DNA of 64,000 bases from an uncultured bacterium (GCA_949293285.1 CASFCU010000017.1:2432-66431); one strand, 5' to 3'; shown: positions 19,448-30,484, counted from the first letter of the stretch. Numbers and translations: made by a program. Notes: a model not told the origin generated them from the letters alone.

Positions 19448-20433
19448 GAATCATTCTCCTTCATATATTCTCCATAATCTTCTAATATTCTAATTATATC
19501 ATTTATATTCTTAGTAAGAAATATTTTATTCTTAATTTCATTAGAACTTTTCATTCCTCGTAAATACCAAGCAATATGACTTCTAATCTCTAAAACAGCG
19601 GTTTTCTCATCTTTAAACTCTCTTAAGTACTGAAGATGTTTAAGACACATATCGACTTTTTCTATATTTTTAGGTTTTTCTATAACAATTCCATTTTCAA
19701 GATATTCATAAATTTCTTTAATCAACCAAGGATTTCCCAATACGCCTCTACCAATCATAACCGCATCACAAGAAGTCTCTTCTATCATTCTTTTGGCATC
19801 ATATATACTAAGAATATCACCATTTCCAATAACAGGAATACGAACACTTTTTTTAATCTCTCTTATAATATTCCAATCAGCCTTACCAGTATAACCCTGA
19901 CTCCTAGTACGAGGATGAACACAGATAGCACTAGCCCCAGATTTTTCACAAAGTTTTGCAACAGAAACAGCATTAATACTATTCTGATCCCAACCACTCC
20001 TAATTTTAACCGTAACAGGAACAGAAACCGCATCCACGACCGCTTCAACAATTTCTTTTATCTTTTCAGGATCCCTAAGAAGGGCCGATCCTGATTTTGC
20101 TCTTACTGCTACTTTTGGAACAGGACATCCCATATTGATATCTATGAATGCAATTCGATATAATTCCGTTAACATTTTTGCAGCCTTAGCCATCACCTTA
20201 GGTTCACAACCAAATATCTGAACAGCAACAGGAATATCAAGAGAATCAATACCATTTAACATTTCTAACGTCTTTTTATTATGTCTAACAACTGCTTCAG
20301 CACTAATAAGTTCAGTTACTGCATATCCAACTTTCATTTCTTGACAAATTTTCATATAAGATGGATTAGATATTCCCGCCATAGGAGCTAAAACAACTCT
20401 ATTCTCAATTTCAACATTACCTATTTCCCACAT
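19444..20433 (-). CDS. dusB: tRNA-dihydrouridine synthase DusB
   Basis: LAPMAG, DINMGCPVPKV, VKIRSGWD, PVIGNGD and VMIGRG motifs. Confidence 0.94.
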   Translation of the reverse strand: MWEIGNVEIENRVVLAPMAGISNPSYMKICQEMKVGYAVTELISAEAVVRHNKKTLEMLNGIDSLDIPVAVQIFGCEPKVMAKAAKMLTELYRIAFIDINMGCPVPKVAVRAKSGSALLRDPEKIKEIVEAVVDAVSVPVTVKIRSGWDQNSINAVSVAKLCEKSGASAICVHPRTRSQGYTGKADWNIIREIKKSVRIPVIGNGDILSIYDAKRMIEETSCDAVMIGRGVLGNPWLIKEIYEYLENGIVIEKPKNIEKVDMCLKHLQYLREFKDEKTAVLEIRSHIAWYLRGMKSSNEIKNKIFLTKNINDIIRILEDYGEYMKENDS

Positions 20434-20452
20434 AAATCACCAATAAAACATC

Positions 20453-20638
20453 CTATTTATCTAATTTATATATCTTGGTAACACCATATTTTAACGTATT
20501 ATCTGGAACAAAATCATCACCATCAATATATTTAATATCCTCATGAGTAGTACAACTACTTAATAAAACAATAGAAGAAGTAAGTAAAAAAAGTACTACC
20601 CCCTTCTTTAATTTAATATTTTTAACCCCACTCATCAT
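20453..20638 (-). CDS. Small putative lipoprotein (about 61 aa)
   Basis: Start re-set to ATG 20638 after AGGAAGG; basic N-terminus, hydrophobic stretch and LSSC lipobox. Confidence 0.5.
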   Translation of the reverse strand: MMSGVKNIKLKKGVVLFLLTSSIVLLSSCTTHEDIKYIDGDDFVPDNTLKYGVTKIYKLDK

Positions 20639-20795
20639 AAACACCTTCCTAACACCATAATTATAACATACTTGAAAAGAGAAAAAGAAGAAAGCTAAAG
20701 TATTTCCCATAATATCACACATTTCTTTCATATTGGATACTTTATGGTAAAACATCTCAATCATAGCAAGATAATAAATTTTATTTCTACAAAGT

Positions 20796-20820
20796 AAAAA
20801 GCCCGATAAATGGGCTTCTT
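20796..20820 (-). terminator. ftsH terminator
   Basis: AAGCCC-N-GGGCTT hairpin with adjacent A-run just after the ftsH stop. Confidence 0.7.
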
Positions 20821-20827
20821 AAAAAAC

Positions 20828-22792
20828 TTATTTCTCTGAAGAATCTTCTTTCAACTTTTCTGAAAGTTCTTCTTTGCTCATCTTAGAATATCTTTTAATA
20901 CCTTTTTCTTTAGCCTTTTCTCTAAGTTCTGCTAAATTATCAGTCAATTCTTCCTCTTCTGGCATTCTACCATTCTTTACAAGATATTCAATTTGTTCTT
21001 TTGTTAGAGTTTCATATTCTAATAGAGTTTCTGCAATAAGCTTAACCAAATCACTATTTTCACTAAGAATCTTCTTTGCATTTTCATAACACTCATTAAT
21101 AATCTTACGCATCTCTAAATCAATCTCATGAGCTACTTCATTAGAAAAATTCCTACTTTTATTATAATCTCTTCCTAAAAATACTCCACCTTCTTGTTGC
21201 TCTAATTGAACAGGACCTAAATCACTCATTCCATATTCCGTAACCATAGCTCTTGCAATCTTAGTAGCCTTTTCAAAATCATTGTGTGCTCCAGTCGTAA
21301 TCTCATTAAAATTCAATTCTTCAGAAACACGTCCACCTAACAATCCTGTAATCTGCTCAATTAACTCTTTTCTTGTAGAAGTATATCTTTCTTCCTTAGG
21401 AATCATCATTGCATATCCACCAGCATAACTTCTAGGAATAATAGTAACCTTTTGAACATCATTGGCATCATTTAGTTTAATTCCTAAAACAACATGACCT
21501 GCCTCATGAAAAGCCACCATCCTTCTTTCAGATTCTGTATATTTTTTACTCTTTTTAGCAGGACCCATAAGCACCCTATCAGTAGCTTCATCTACTTCTT
21601 TCATAGTAATTTGTTCTTTATTAGATCTTACAGCAAGTAAAGCCGCTTCATTAAGTAAATTTTCAAGATCGGCACCACTAAATCCCGGAGTTCTTTTAGC
21701 AATATTCTTTAAAGATACACTTGGTGATAAAATTTTATTTCTAGCATGAACCTCTAATATTTCCTCTCTTCCTTTTACATCAGGCAAATTAACTGTAACT
21801 TGTCTATCGAATCTTCCTGGTCTAAGAAGAGCAGGATCCAAAACATCTGCACGGTTAGTAGCAGCAATAATAATAATTCCTTCATTTGCACCAAAACCAT
21901 CCATTTCTGTCAACAATTGATTAAGTGTTTGCTCTCTTTCATCATGTCCACCACCAAGCCCTGTTCCACGTTGACGACCAACAGCATCAATTTCATCAAT
22001 AAAAATCAAACATGGAGCATTATGTTTTGCTTGTTTAAACATGTCTCTAACACGACTAGCACCTACTCCGACAAAAAGTTCCACAAAATCAGAACCACTT
22101 ATATAATAAAATGGTACATTAGCTTCCCCAGCTACAGCTTTAGCAAGTAAAGTCTTACCTGTTCCAGGTGGCCCAACTAATAAAACACCTTTAGGTATTC
22201 TTGCTCCCAATTTTTGAAATCTCTTAGGATTCTTCAAGAAATCTATTAATTCTTTCACTTCTTCTTTTTCTTCTTTAAGACCAGCTACATCTTTAAATGT
22301 AACTTTATTTTTTTCTGTATTAAGTCTAGCTTTACTTTTTCCAAAATCCATAGATTTTCCAGCACTACTCATTTGCTTAGAGAAAAACCAAAAACCAAGT
22401 CCAACCAACAAAACAATTGGTAAAATATTAACCAAAATAAACAAAAGTGGACTAGAACCCGGATCTGATTCAGTATTTATCTTATAATTTAAATCACTAT
22501 CAATAGACACTATCTGTGAAATAATAGAATCAGTTAAAGGTGCTCTCACATAAAAAGTCTCATTTTCTTCATAATCTTTTAATCTACCTTTTATATTATA
22601 AGTCCCTTCACTAGAATGAGGCGTTATCACTACTTCCTCAACATTTCCTTCTTGGATTTCTAATAAAAATTTATCATAAGTTAAATTATTAACTTTTGCT
22701 CCTCCAATAGATAATACATAATACATACTAAGTGCTATCACAATTAATAATAAATATGGTAGCATCCCTCTTTTTACATTTTTTCTATTCAT
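20828..22792 (-). CDS. ftsH: ATP-dependent zinc metalloprotease FtsH with C-terminal Rho_N-like extension
   Basis: Two TM helices, [17 protein letters not shown], second region of homology ([10 protein letters not shown]) and HEAGH. Confidence 0.97.
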   Translation of the reverse strand: MNRKNVKRGMLPYLLLIVIALSMYYVLSIGGAKVNNLTYDKFLLEIQEGNVEEVVITPHSSEGTYNIKGRLKDYEENETFYVRAPLTDSIISQIVSIDSDLNYKINTESDPGSSPLLFILVNILPIVLLVGLGFWFFSKQMSSAGKSMDFGKSKARLNTEKNKVTFKDVAGLKEEKEEVKELIDFLKNPKRFQKLGARIPKGVLLVGPPGTGKTLLAKAVAGEANVPFYYISGSDFVELFVGVGASRVRDMFKQAKHNAPCLIFIDEIDAVGRQRGTGLGGGHDEREQTLNQLLTEMDGFGANEGIIIIAATNRADVLDPALLRPGRFDRQVTVNLPDVKGREEILEVHARNKILSPSVSLKNIAKRTPGFSGADLENLLNEAALLAVRSNKEQITMKEVDEATDRVLMGPAKKSKKYTESERRMVAFHEAGHVVLGIKLNDANDVQKVTIIPRSYAGGYAMMIPKEERYTSTRKELIEQITGLLGGRVSEELNFNEITTGAHNDFEKATKIARAMVTEYGMSDLGPVQLEQQEGGVFLGRDYNKSRNFSNEVAHEIDLEMRKIINECYENAKKILSENSDLVKLIAETLLEYETLTKEQIEYLVKNGRMPEEEELTDNLAELREKAKEKGIKRYSKMSKEELSEKLKEDSSEK

Positions 22793-22805
22793 ATTACTCC
22801 TCCAT

Positions 22806-24131
22806 TTAACTATATTTAATTATTATATCATACTTTTCATTTTTTAGCTTTGTAAATTTAGATTTTTTTAGGCCTGGTATCCATATTATTCTATCCTTAG
22901 AATCAACTACTATTGGCCATTTATCTCTTTCCTTAACAGGTACTTTAGAATCAATAAAAATATCCTTAACTTTTTTGTACCCATTTATCTTTTTTAAAAA
23001 CATTTTATCACCAAATTTTCTCGTCCTAACATACAACGGAAAAGAAACTTCATTAGTATCAATTCTACAAATATTATTATCATTGCCGTCTATATCATCA
23101 ACAACTTCCAATTTATGACCATTAGGCAAAGTAGCAAACTGAATCAACTCAATTTCATAATTTACCACTTCTTTTATCTCTTTAGAAAAATCAAGTTCAT
23201 CATAAGATTTACATACTTCTATATTATGTGGAAGACACACTCTAGCATTTGCTCTTTTAGACTTTAATAAATCCATTATTAACTTAACATGTTTATCGTT
23301 AATAATCATTAAATCATCTTTATAAATCTCTTCTAAAATAAAATAAATAATCTTTTTTTGTATCAACGGACTCAACTCTTTATAAAGACCAATTTTTATC
23401 TTATTATTTTTATAAACTTTTTCTATAGACCTTCTAATCTCATAATTTATAAATTCATCATACGCATCGAGCATTTCACTAAACTTAATAAATTTCTCAT
23501 GAACCCTTGCATCCTCTTCTTTAAGAAATGGAAGAATATTCATTCTATATCTGTTTCTAGTATACTTATCCTTAAAATTAGATTTATCTACAACATACGG
23601 TATCTTATTTTTTGAATTATACTCCAAAATTTCTTCTTTGGTAACAAATATCAAAGGCCTCACTGTTTTAAAACTACCATTATCTAAAATTTTATTAAAA
23701 CCACTGTATCCTTTTAAAGTAGATCCACGAACAATACGCATCAAAATGGTCTCAATCAAATCATCTCCATGATGAGCAGTCATTAAATAATTAGCATCAT
23801 ATTTCTTAACCAAATCATTAAAAAAACGATATCTTATTTTTCTTGCTTGATTATGAAAATTATCATCCCCATATCTTTCAATAGTCATAGATTCAAAAAT
23901 AATATGTCTTTGTTCACAATACTCCATAAGAAACTGTTTCTCTTCAATACTTTCACGTCTAACATTATGATTAACATGAGCACATACAATATTGAAATTC
24001 AACTTCTCTTTAAGTTTAAGTAATATGCTAAATAAACACATAGAATCTGGTCCACCAGAATTTCCTAAAACTATAGTATCATTATTTTTAATTTTAACTT
24101 CATTTATTAAAAAATCAATTACACTTTTCAA
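22806..24131 (-). CDS. tilS: tRNA(Ile)-lysidine synthetase
   Basis: SGGPDS PP-loop, HVNHNVR, TAHHGDDLIET and RNRYR motifs. Confidence 0.95.
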   Translation of the reverse strand: MKSVIDFLINEVKIKNNDTIVLGNSGGPDSMCLFSILLKLKEKLNFNIVCAHVNHNVRRESIEEKQFLMEYCEQRHIIFESMTIERYGDDNFHNQARKIRYRFFNDLVKKYDANYLMTAHHGDDLIETILMRIVRGSTLKGYSGFNKILDNGSFKTVRPLIFVTKEEILEYNSKNKIPYVVDKSNFKDKYTRNRYRMNILPFLKEEDARVHEKFIKFSEMLDAYDEFINYEIRRSIEKVYKNNKIKIGLYKELSPLIQKKIIYFILEEIYKDDLMIINDKHVKLIMDLLKSKRANARVCLPHNIEVCKSYDELDFSKEIKEVVNYEIELIQFATLPNGHKLEVVDDIDGNDNNICRIDTNEVSFPLYVRTRKFGDKMFLKKINGYKKVKDIFIDSKVPVKERDKWPIVVDSKDRIIWIPGLKKSKFTKLKNEKYDIIIKYS

Positions 24132-24209
24132 AAACAGTCACCATATATATTCTATAAAAAAGTAAAGATATTAGCAAGAAAAAGAAGAGGTTATTTCTTC
24201 TTTTTTTAA

Positions 24210-24536
24210 TTATTCATCTTTTGGTATCTTAATGATATACTCACCCTCTTTTGAATATAAAAATTTTTCCCTTAAATATCTTGCAACATACTCCGGATCT
24301 TTAAGCTTTTCTACATCTAATGATAATTCTTGTTCTTTTTCTTTCAAAGAAGTAAGTTCCTGACTAAGTATCGTTTTCTCCTTATATTTATTCACAATAT
24401 CTAATGATACATTAACTATAAATTCGAAAAAATAAACGATAAAAGCACAACTAGCAACACCAAAAAACAAAACCCTTAAAGCCTTCTTTTTTGGTTTAGC
24501 CTTAGTCATTACCTTCTTTGCCATAAGAATTATCAC
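24210..24536 (-). CDS. divIC: Septum formation initiator DivIC/FtsB
   Basis: Basic N-terminus, one TM helix, coiled coil and LKDPEYVARYLREKFLYSKEGE. Confidence 0.85.
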   Translation of the reverse strand: MIILMAKKVMTKAKPKKKALRVLFFGVASCAFIVYFFEFIVNVSLDIVNKYKEKTILSQELTSLKEKEQELSLDVEKLKDPEYVARYLREKFLYSKEGEYIIKIPKDE

Positions 24537-24748
24537 CTACTTCCTCGATTATATTTTAACACTCAAAGTCGAACTTTCAAATAATATCGAACAACAAAAT
24601 AAAACTATTTACGACAATTTTACACAGAAAAAGATAAAATATGAATCAAAAAAACATTATTTGTAACATATAAAACAAAAAAACATCACTCAAAAGTTTT
24701 TCTATCTTACAATCTTTATTTGCAAAAAAAAGATACATTTCTGTACCT

Positions 24749-24970
24749 CTATTTTGCATATGGTAATAAACCAATGATTCTTGCTCTTTTAACCTGTTCT
24801 GCTATATGTCTTTGATGTTTAGCACAATTACCTGTAACACGTCTAGGTAAAATCTTACCTCTTTCATTTACGTATTTTTTTAAAGTTTCAACATCTTTAT
24901 AATCAACGGTCTTATCCTTTGATGTACACATATAACATACTTTTTTCTTTTTTCTAAAAAATTCTGCCAT
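24749..24970 (-). CDS. rpsR: 30S ribosomal protein S18 (zinc-binding type)
   Basis: [12 protein letters not shown] and [17 protein letters not shown] motifs. Confidence 0.97.
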   Translation of the reverse strand: MAEFFRKKKKVCYMCTSKDKTVDYKDVETLKKYVNERGKILPRRVTGNCAKHQRHIAEQVKRARIIGLLPYAK

Positions 24971-24987
24971 TAAAATCTTCTCCCTTC

Positions 24988-25476
24988 TTAATAGAACGGT
25001 AACTCATCTGGATCTATTTCGATATTAGTACCAGCATCCCACACAGTAGCACCTTGTTCACTTTGTGGAGCATCATTAGAAAAATCATTTGGAGTAACAT
25101 GATCATAACTATTATTATCAAAATTATTATTAGAAATATCATCACTTTTTCTATCAAGGAATTGAATAGAATCTGCAATTACATAAGTAGACCACACTGT
25201 ATTTCCGTCTTTTCCAGTATAATTATCAACTTGTATTCTACCATCAACTGCAATTTGATTACCTTTCTTTTGAAATTTAGCTATATTCTCAGCTTGTTTT
25301 CTCCAAGCAACAATACTAATAAAATCAGCAGTATTTCTTCCATCTTGATTACTAGAAGAAAAACTTCTATCTACAGCAATAGTAAATCTAGAACGAGCCA
25401 CACTTCCATTACTTGTATTAACATACTCACAAGTTGGATCTTTTACAAGTCTTCCAACTAAACATACTTTATTCAT
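24988..25476 (-). CDS. ssb: Single-stranded DNA-binding protein
   Basis: [16 protein letters not shown] fold and acidic ELPF tail; lies between rpsF and rpsR. Confidence 0.95.
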   Translation of the reverse strand: MNKVCLVGRLVKDPTCEYVNTSNGSVARSRFTIAVDRSFSSSNQDGRNTADFISIVAWRKQAENIAKFQKKGNQIAVDGRIQVDNYTGKDGNTVWSTYVIADSIQFLDRKSDDISNNNFDNNSYDHVTPNDFSNDAPQSEQGATVWDAGTNIEIDPDELPFY

Positions 25477-25491
25477 GAATTACCTCTTTTC

Positions 25492-25782
25492 TTATCCTTC
25501 CACTTTTACAACTAAGTGACGAATAATGTTTTCATTAATTAAAGCAACACGATCAAATTCTTTAACAGCATTTGCATCTTTAGCCTCAATCAAAAAATAG
25601 AAATAATAACCTGTCTTATACTTTTTAATTTCATATGCTAACTCTCTTTGTCCCATTTCTTTAGCTTCTGTTACAGTAGCTTTTTGCTCCTCTAACATAG
25701 ACTTCATAGAATCAAATACAGTTTTAATAGCTCCCTCTTCTAAATCAGGCTTTACAATAAACATAATTTCATACTTTCTCAT
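25492..25782 (-). CDS. rpsF: 30S ribosomal protein S6
   Basis: MRKYEIMFIVKPDL...LAYEIKK; start set at ATG 25782 after GGGAGGTG. Confidence 0.96.
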   Translation of the reverse strand: MRKYEIMFIVKPDLEEGAIKTVFDSMKSMLEEQKATVTEAKEMGQRELAYEIKKYKTGYYFYFLIEAKDANAVKEFDRVALINENIIRHLVVKVEG

Positions 25783-25785
25783 TAT

Positions 25786-25836
25786 TACACCTCCCTTTGG
25801 ACATATGGCCAAAATACTTTGGCAAGGAGTATCAAA
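25786..25836 (-). promoter_or_regulatory. rpsF leader (S6:S18-binding autoregulatory RNA)
   Basis: Minus-strand ACTCCTTGCC-hairpin-...GGGAGG, where CUCCUU can pair with the RBS, as in Firmicutes rpsF leaders. Confidence 0.7.
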
Positions 25837-25931
25837 ATACTCGTAAGTAGTATATCAATTACAATCAATTTTGTCTACTATTTTTTTATAATTTAACAAA
25901 CATTTATCAAAACAAAAAAAGGAAATTTCCA

Positions 25932-26666
25932 TCATTTCCTTACGTAAATTTTCACATCAGAATCAACCCGAGAAGCAGCTTCAATAAAAGAAGAAAATAA
26001 TCTCTTAGAAGCATCATCAAAATCATACATTCTTTCTGGATGCCATTGAACACCAAAATTAAAATCATTAAATGGGTATTCAACAGCTTCCACTAAACCA
26101 TCCTCACTATAACCAACAATTTTATACAGATGACTAGAAGAAACATTCTTCTTATGAAAACTATTCACTTTCAAAGTATCCATTTTAAAAATAGAATAAA
26201 GCTTACTATCTTTATCAATTGTCACAAAATGAACAAGTTCACCGGATTCAACATTATGGTTAATACCATTAGAATCATTCTTATTAATCTCGATATCTCT
26301 TCCATAGTTAGCCATCTCTTGCATACCAAGACAAATTCCCAATATAGGAATATTATTTTTAATTGCATAATCCAAAATAAAGAAGTCATAGTTAGCCATT
26401 TTAAAACCACCAGGCATAACAATACCAGAACACAAATTCAATTGCTGTATCAACATAGATTTATCATAATCAGTTAACTCAGGCATATCTCTAATTTTTG
26501 TCATTCCATAATCAATTCCTTGTGGAGGAAGAATCAAAAAAGGATTGCCACCAGCTGCAAGAATAACACTTCTATATTCATCATTTACTACAAGTCTATG
26601 TGTATCACCAGGATACTCTATCCTACAAACAATTCCAATCAAAGGTTTCACTATTAACACCCCCAT
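25932..26666 (-). CDS. Gamma-glutamyl hydrolase-like class I glutamine amidotransferase (peptidase C26)
   Basis: KPLIGI, PILGICLGMQ, VNSFH and GVQWHPE motifs. Confidence 0.88.
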   Translation of the reverse strand: MGVLIVKPLIGIVCRIEYPGDTHRLVVNDEYRSVILAAGGNPFLILPPQGIDYGMTKIRDMPELTDYDKSMLIQQLNLCSGIVMPGGFKMANYDFFILDYAIKNNIPILGICLGMQEMANYGRDIEINKNDSNGINHNVESGELVHFVTIDKDSKLYSIFKMDTLKVNSFHKKNVSSSHLYKIVGYSEDGLVEAVEYPFNDFNFGVQWHPERMYDFDDASKRLFSSFIEAASRVDSDVKIYVRK

Positions 26667-26688
26667 GTAAGAAAATTATCTAATATGG

Positions 26689-27786
26689 CTACACATTAAA
26701 CCTGAAATAACATATATCCCCATCCTGCATCAAATAATCTTTACCCTCTAACCTAACTTTACCTGCTTCTTTCACTTTAAGTTCACTTCCATAAGTAACT
26801 AAATCTTCATAAGACATCACTTCAGCCTTTATAAAACCTTTTTCAAAATCAGTATGAATAATCCCAGCACATTCTTTAGCATTCATTCCCTTTTTATAAG
26901 TCCAAGCTCTAACTTCATCAGATCCAGCAGTAAAATAAGTTTCTAATCCAAGCAAATCATAGGTAGCCTTAATCAATAAATCCAAACCGCTTTCTTGAAT
27001 TCCTATAGTATCTAACATTTCTTTTTTCTCTTCCACTGACAAATCACTTAAATCAGACTCTAACTTTGCACAAACTTTAACTATCTTTGCCTCTTCACAT
27101 GCTGCATATTCTATTACTTTTTGCACATAATCATTATCAAAGTTCAATTCACTCTCTAAAACATTAGCTAAATAAATAATAGGCTTAGAAGTCAATAAAT
27201 TAAAACTTTTTAAATACAACTTTTCATCTTTAGAAAAATCGACTCTTCTAAGAGCAACACCTTTTTCTAAAGATGCTTTTGCTTTTTTTAAAATTTCATA
27301 CTCAAAAAGAGCCTCTTTATCTCTATTCGTCTCTGCTTTCTTTTTTATTTTATCTATTCTGCTATTAATAATCTCTAAATCAGCAAGAGATAACTCTAAA
27401 TTAATTATTTCAATATCTCTAATAGGATCTACACCAGTTTCTACATGAATAATATGACTATCATCAAAACAACGCACAACTTCGACAATAGCATCAACCT
27501 CTCTTATATGAGACAAAAACTTATTTCCAAGTCCTTCACCATCAGAAGCTCCCTTAACAAGACCAGCAATATCGGTAAACTCATAAGCTGTAGGAATCAC
27601 TCTTTCAGGTTTATATATTTCTGCTAAATGCTCTAATCGTTGATCAGGAACAACAACAACTCCAACATTCGGCTCTATAGTAGCAAATGGATAATTTGCT
27701 GCCAAAATATTTTTCTTTGTTATTGCATTAAATAAAGTAGATTTACCAACATTAGGCAATCCTACAATTCCCGCCTTAAGACTCAC
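26689..27786 (-). CDS. ychF: Redox-regulated ATPase YchF
   Basis: GIVGLPNVGKSTLFNA, ANYPFATIEPN, DIAGLV and C-terminal TGS domain. Confidence 0.97.
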   Translation of the reverse strand: MSLKAGIVGLPNVGKSTLFNAITKKNILAANYPFATIEPNVGVVVVPDQRLEHLAEIYKPERVIPTAYEFTDIAGLVKGASDGEGLGNKFLSHIREVDAIVEVVRCFDDSHIIHVETGVDPIRDIEIINLELSLADLEIINSRIDKIKKKAETNRDKEALFEYEILKKAKASLEKGVALRRVDFSKDEKLYLKSFNLLTSKPIIYLANVLESELNFDNDYVQKVIEYAACEEAKIVKVCAKLESDLSDLSVEEKKEMLDTIGIQESGLDLLIKATYDLLGLETYFTAGSDEVRAWTYKKGMNAKECAGIIHTDFEKGFIKAEVMSYEDLVTYGSELKVKEAGKVRLEGKDYLMQDGDICYFRFNV

Positions 27787-27798
27787 AAAAATCCCCCC

Positions 27799-29403
27799 TT
27801 ACAAACTTGGATAGACTGAAGGTCCTACCGGAAGACCAACAATATACATAAATACAACAATTAAAATCCAAGTAATACTTATTATTAAACAATAAGGTGA
27901 AACAAAAGACAAGGCCTTTTTAATGGTAATCGGTTGATTATCCTTATTATATATATTTAAATACCCTAAATAAATAACAAAATACGCAAGAAGTGGTGTA
28001 AATCCTTTAGCCATAGAATCTCCTGCTCTAAATATAAATTGGGCAAATTGTGGTGATAAATTTGCCTGCATCATAAGTGGAACCACTACAGGAGCTAAAA
28101 TAGTCCATTTAGCAGACTGAGTAGTAATAAAGAAACTACAAAGAGCAATTAATATAATTATAGTTACCACAAGAGGAAGTCCAGTAAAAGATATATTTTT
28201 AATCAAATTGGCAATCGATGCAACTACTATAGTACCAATATTTGTTTTCTTAAACACCGCTATAAACTGAGCAGCAAAGAAGATAAGAACTACTAAATAA
28301 CCAACATCTTTTAAATAAGCTGACGATTTTTCTATTAACTCCTTATCATTTTTAATCGACTTAGCACCAATTGCATAAGCAATACCAGTAACTAAAAACA
28401 AAAGAGATATTAAGAAGGTAAAACCATCTTGAAAATAAGAGTTTTCACCAAACAACTGATTAATATAAGCACTTTCACTCATATCAAGAAGAAGTCCAGA
28501 ACCTGGTAAATTAGGTATAATCATATACATAAAAATAACAATCATAACCATAAATGCTATAAATGCATTTTTTAAACCTCGTTTTTCCCTAGTTTCAACC
28601 TCTAATCTTTTCTGTTCCTCCATCTCGACTGTTTCTAACTTAATTTCCCTAGTTTCTGTACTAAAATCTTCATCATTACTCTTATACTTACCAATTTTTT
28701 TAACAACAATCTCTTCTATTACAAAAGTACCAACAATAGACACTACGATTGAAGAAATAATAATAGCAATTAAATTAGACAACATACTAACATGAAAAGT
28801 AGAGTCTATCAAATGTGCAGCTTGTGTAGTAATAGGAACTAAATTAATCTCTGTAGAACCTGCAAAAAAAGTTGCTCCATAACCAAATGCCACACCACAA
28901 AAACTAGCAGTAATTCCTAACAATGGATTTCTACCATTTGCAAGAAATATAAGAGCTGACAAAGGAATTAAGACAACATATCCAACTTCATTGATAATAC
29001 TAGATAAAGTTGCAATAAAAATCAAAATAAAAGTTATCGTTTTATTATTAATTCCAAGCGTTCCTCTTTTTATAAACGTATCGATAAAACCAGTAGCATG
29101 AGCAACAGATAAACCAATAAGAGCTATTAAAAGAGTACTAAGTGGAGTAAAAGAAACGAAATTTCTAGCAGCTTCACTTATAATAAATTTAAATCCCTCA
29201 AAATTAAACAATCCTTCTACAGCAATTAAAGTATTTTCAAGCTCCATTGTAGAAGAATTAATTCTAGAATAAGTCACTTGTAACTCTAATAAAGATAAAA
29301 CAGAACTTATCACCATAACACCCAATGTTAACAATATAAATGTAGTAATTGGATGAAATGTAATTTTCTTTAACCGTGTCTTTTTCTTTTTCATTGCACA
29401 CAC
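27799..29403 (-). CDS. AbgT-family transporter
   Basis: HPITTFILL, NFVSFTPL, GRNPLLG, SAKWTILAPVVVP and FRAGDS motifs. Confidence 0.88.
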   Translation of the reverse strand: MCAMKKKKTRLKKITFHPITTFILLTLGVMVISSVLSLLELQVTYSRINSSTMELENTLIAVEGLFNFEGFKFIISEAARNFVSFTPLSTLLIALIGLSVAHATGFIDTFIKRGTLGINNKTITFILIFIATLSSIINEVGYVVLIPLSALIFLANGRNPLLGITASFCGVAFGYGATFFAGSTEINLVPITTQAAHLIDSTFHVSMLSNLIAIIISSIVVSIVGTFVIEEIVVKKIGKYKSNDEDFSTETREIKLETVEMEEQKRLEVETREKRGLKNAFIAFMVMIVIFMYMIIPNLPGSGLLLDMSESAYINQLFGENSYFQDGFTFLISLLFLVTGIAYAIGAKSIKNDKELIEKSSAYLKDVGYLVVLIFFAAQFIAVFKKTNIGTIVVASIANLIKNISFTGLPLVVTIIILIALCSFFITTQSAKWTILAPVVVPLMMQANLSPQFAQFIFRAGDSMAKGFTPLLAYFVIYLGYLNIYNKDNQPITIKKALSFVSPYCLIISITWILIVVFMYIVGLPVGPSVYPSL

Positions 29404-29601
29404 CTACTTAACAATCTTTTTCATTTTTTTATTAAATTCTATTCTAGGCATCATGATTAATCTACCACAATTGATACATTTAATCTTTATATCTGCACCA
29501 ATCCTTACAATTTCCCATTCATTAGAACCGCAAGGATGCCCTTTTTTCATGGTAACAATACTACCTATATCATACTTTTTATCATTCATAATATCACTCA
29601 T
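29404..29601 (-). CDS. DUF951-family protein (YyzM-like)
   Basis: MKKGHPCGSNEWEIVRIGADIKIKCINCGR signature. Confidence 0.9.
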   Translation of the reverse strand: MSDIMNDKKYDIGSIVTMKKGHPCGSNEWEIVRIGADIKIKCINCGRLIMMPRIEFNKKMKKIVK

Positions 29602-30484
29602 TAATATTCAATATCTCCAATATTCTATTCAAATCATTAATATTGCTAAAGGAAATATTTATCTTATTATTATTAATTTTTACTTTTGTCCCTAATTTTT
29701 CACACAAGATATTTTCTATATAAGAATATTCTGTTGTTGCTTTTTTCTTAATCTTATGAATTTTCTCTATAGAATCATCTTTAGAAACATTTTCTAGATC
29801 CCTTACATTTAAATTTTCATCGATAATTTTATTTGCTAATGCAACAATTTCATCCTTATTTTCCATCTTACTAAGTACCCTTGCATGACTCATAGATATT
29901 TTATTGTCAATAATCATATCCTTTACTTCTTCTGGCAAACTTAAAAGTCCTAACATATTGGTAATATGACTTCTGCTTTTTCCAAGTCTTTTTGCAAGTT
30001 CATCTTGAGTAATCTTCATACTATCTATTAAACTTCGATAAGCCATTGCTTCTTCTATAGAATTCAAATTCTCTCTTTGTAAATTTTCAAGAAGAGCAAT
30101 TTCCATCATTTCTTGATCAGAAAAATTTCTCACTATAGCAGGAATCTTACTAAGTCCTGCCATCATAGATGCCTTAACACGACGTTCTCCTGCTATAATT
30201 TCATATCCTTTAACAGAACTTTTCTTTACAATAATAGGCTGAAAAACTCCGTGTTCTTTTATCGAATTTGCAAGTTCTTGTAACTTTTCTTCATCAAAAA
30301 CTTTTCTAGGTTGATATGGATTCGTCCTTAACTGATCCAAATCCAACTCTACTATCTCATCCTTCGGAGTAGAATCAATTATTTTTTCTTCTATACTATC
30401 AAAATCAATTTGTTCATTATTAAACAATTCTTCTAACCCTTTTCCAAGAGCTCTTCTTTTATAATTGTTGTCCATTTCTCTCAA
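29594..30484 (-). CDS. parB: Chromosome partitioning protein ParB/Spo0J
   Basis: ALGKGLEEL, NPYQPRK, IAGERR, ENLQRENL and HTH GKSRSHITN. Confidence 0.95.
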   Translation of the reverse strand: MREMDNNYKRRALGKGLEELFNNEQIDFDSIEEKIIDSTPKDEIVELDLDQLRTNPYQPRKVFDEEKLQELANSIKEHGVFQPIIVKKSSVKGYEIIAGERRVKASMMAGLSKIPAIVRNFSDQEMMEIALLENLQRENLNSIEEAMAYRSLIDSMKITQDELAKRLGKSRSHITNMLGLLSLPEEVKDMIIDNKISMSHARVLSKMENKDEIVALANKIIDENLNVRDLENVSKDDSIEKIHKIKKKATTEYSYIENILCEKLGTKVKINNNKINISFSNINDLNRILEILNINE

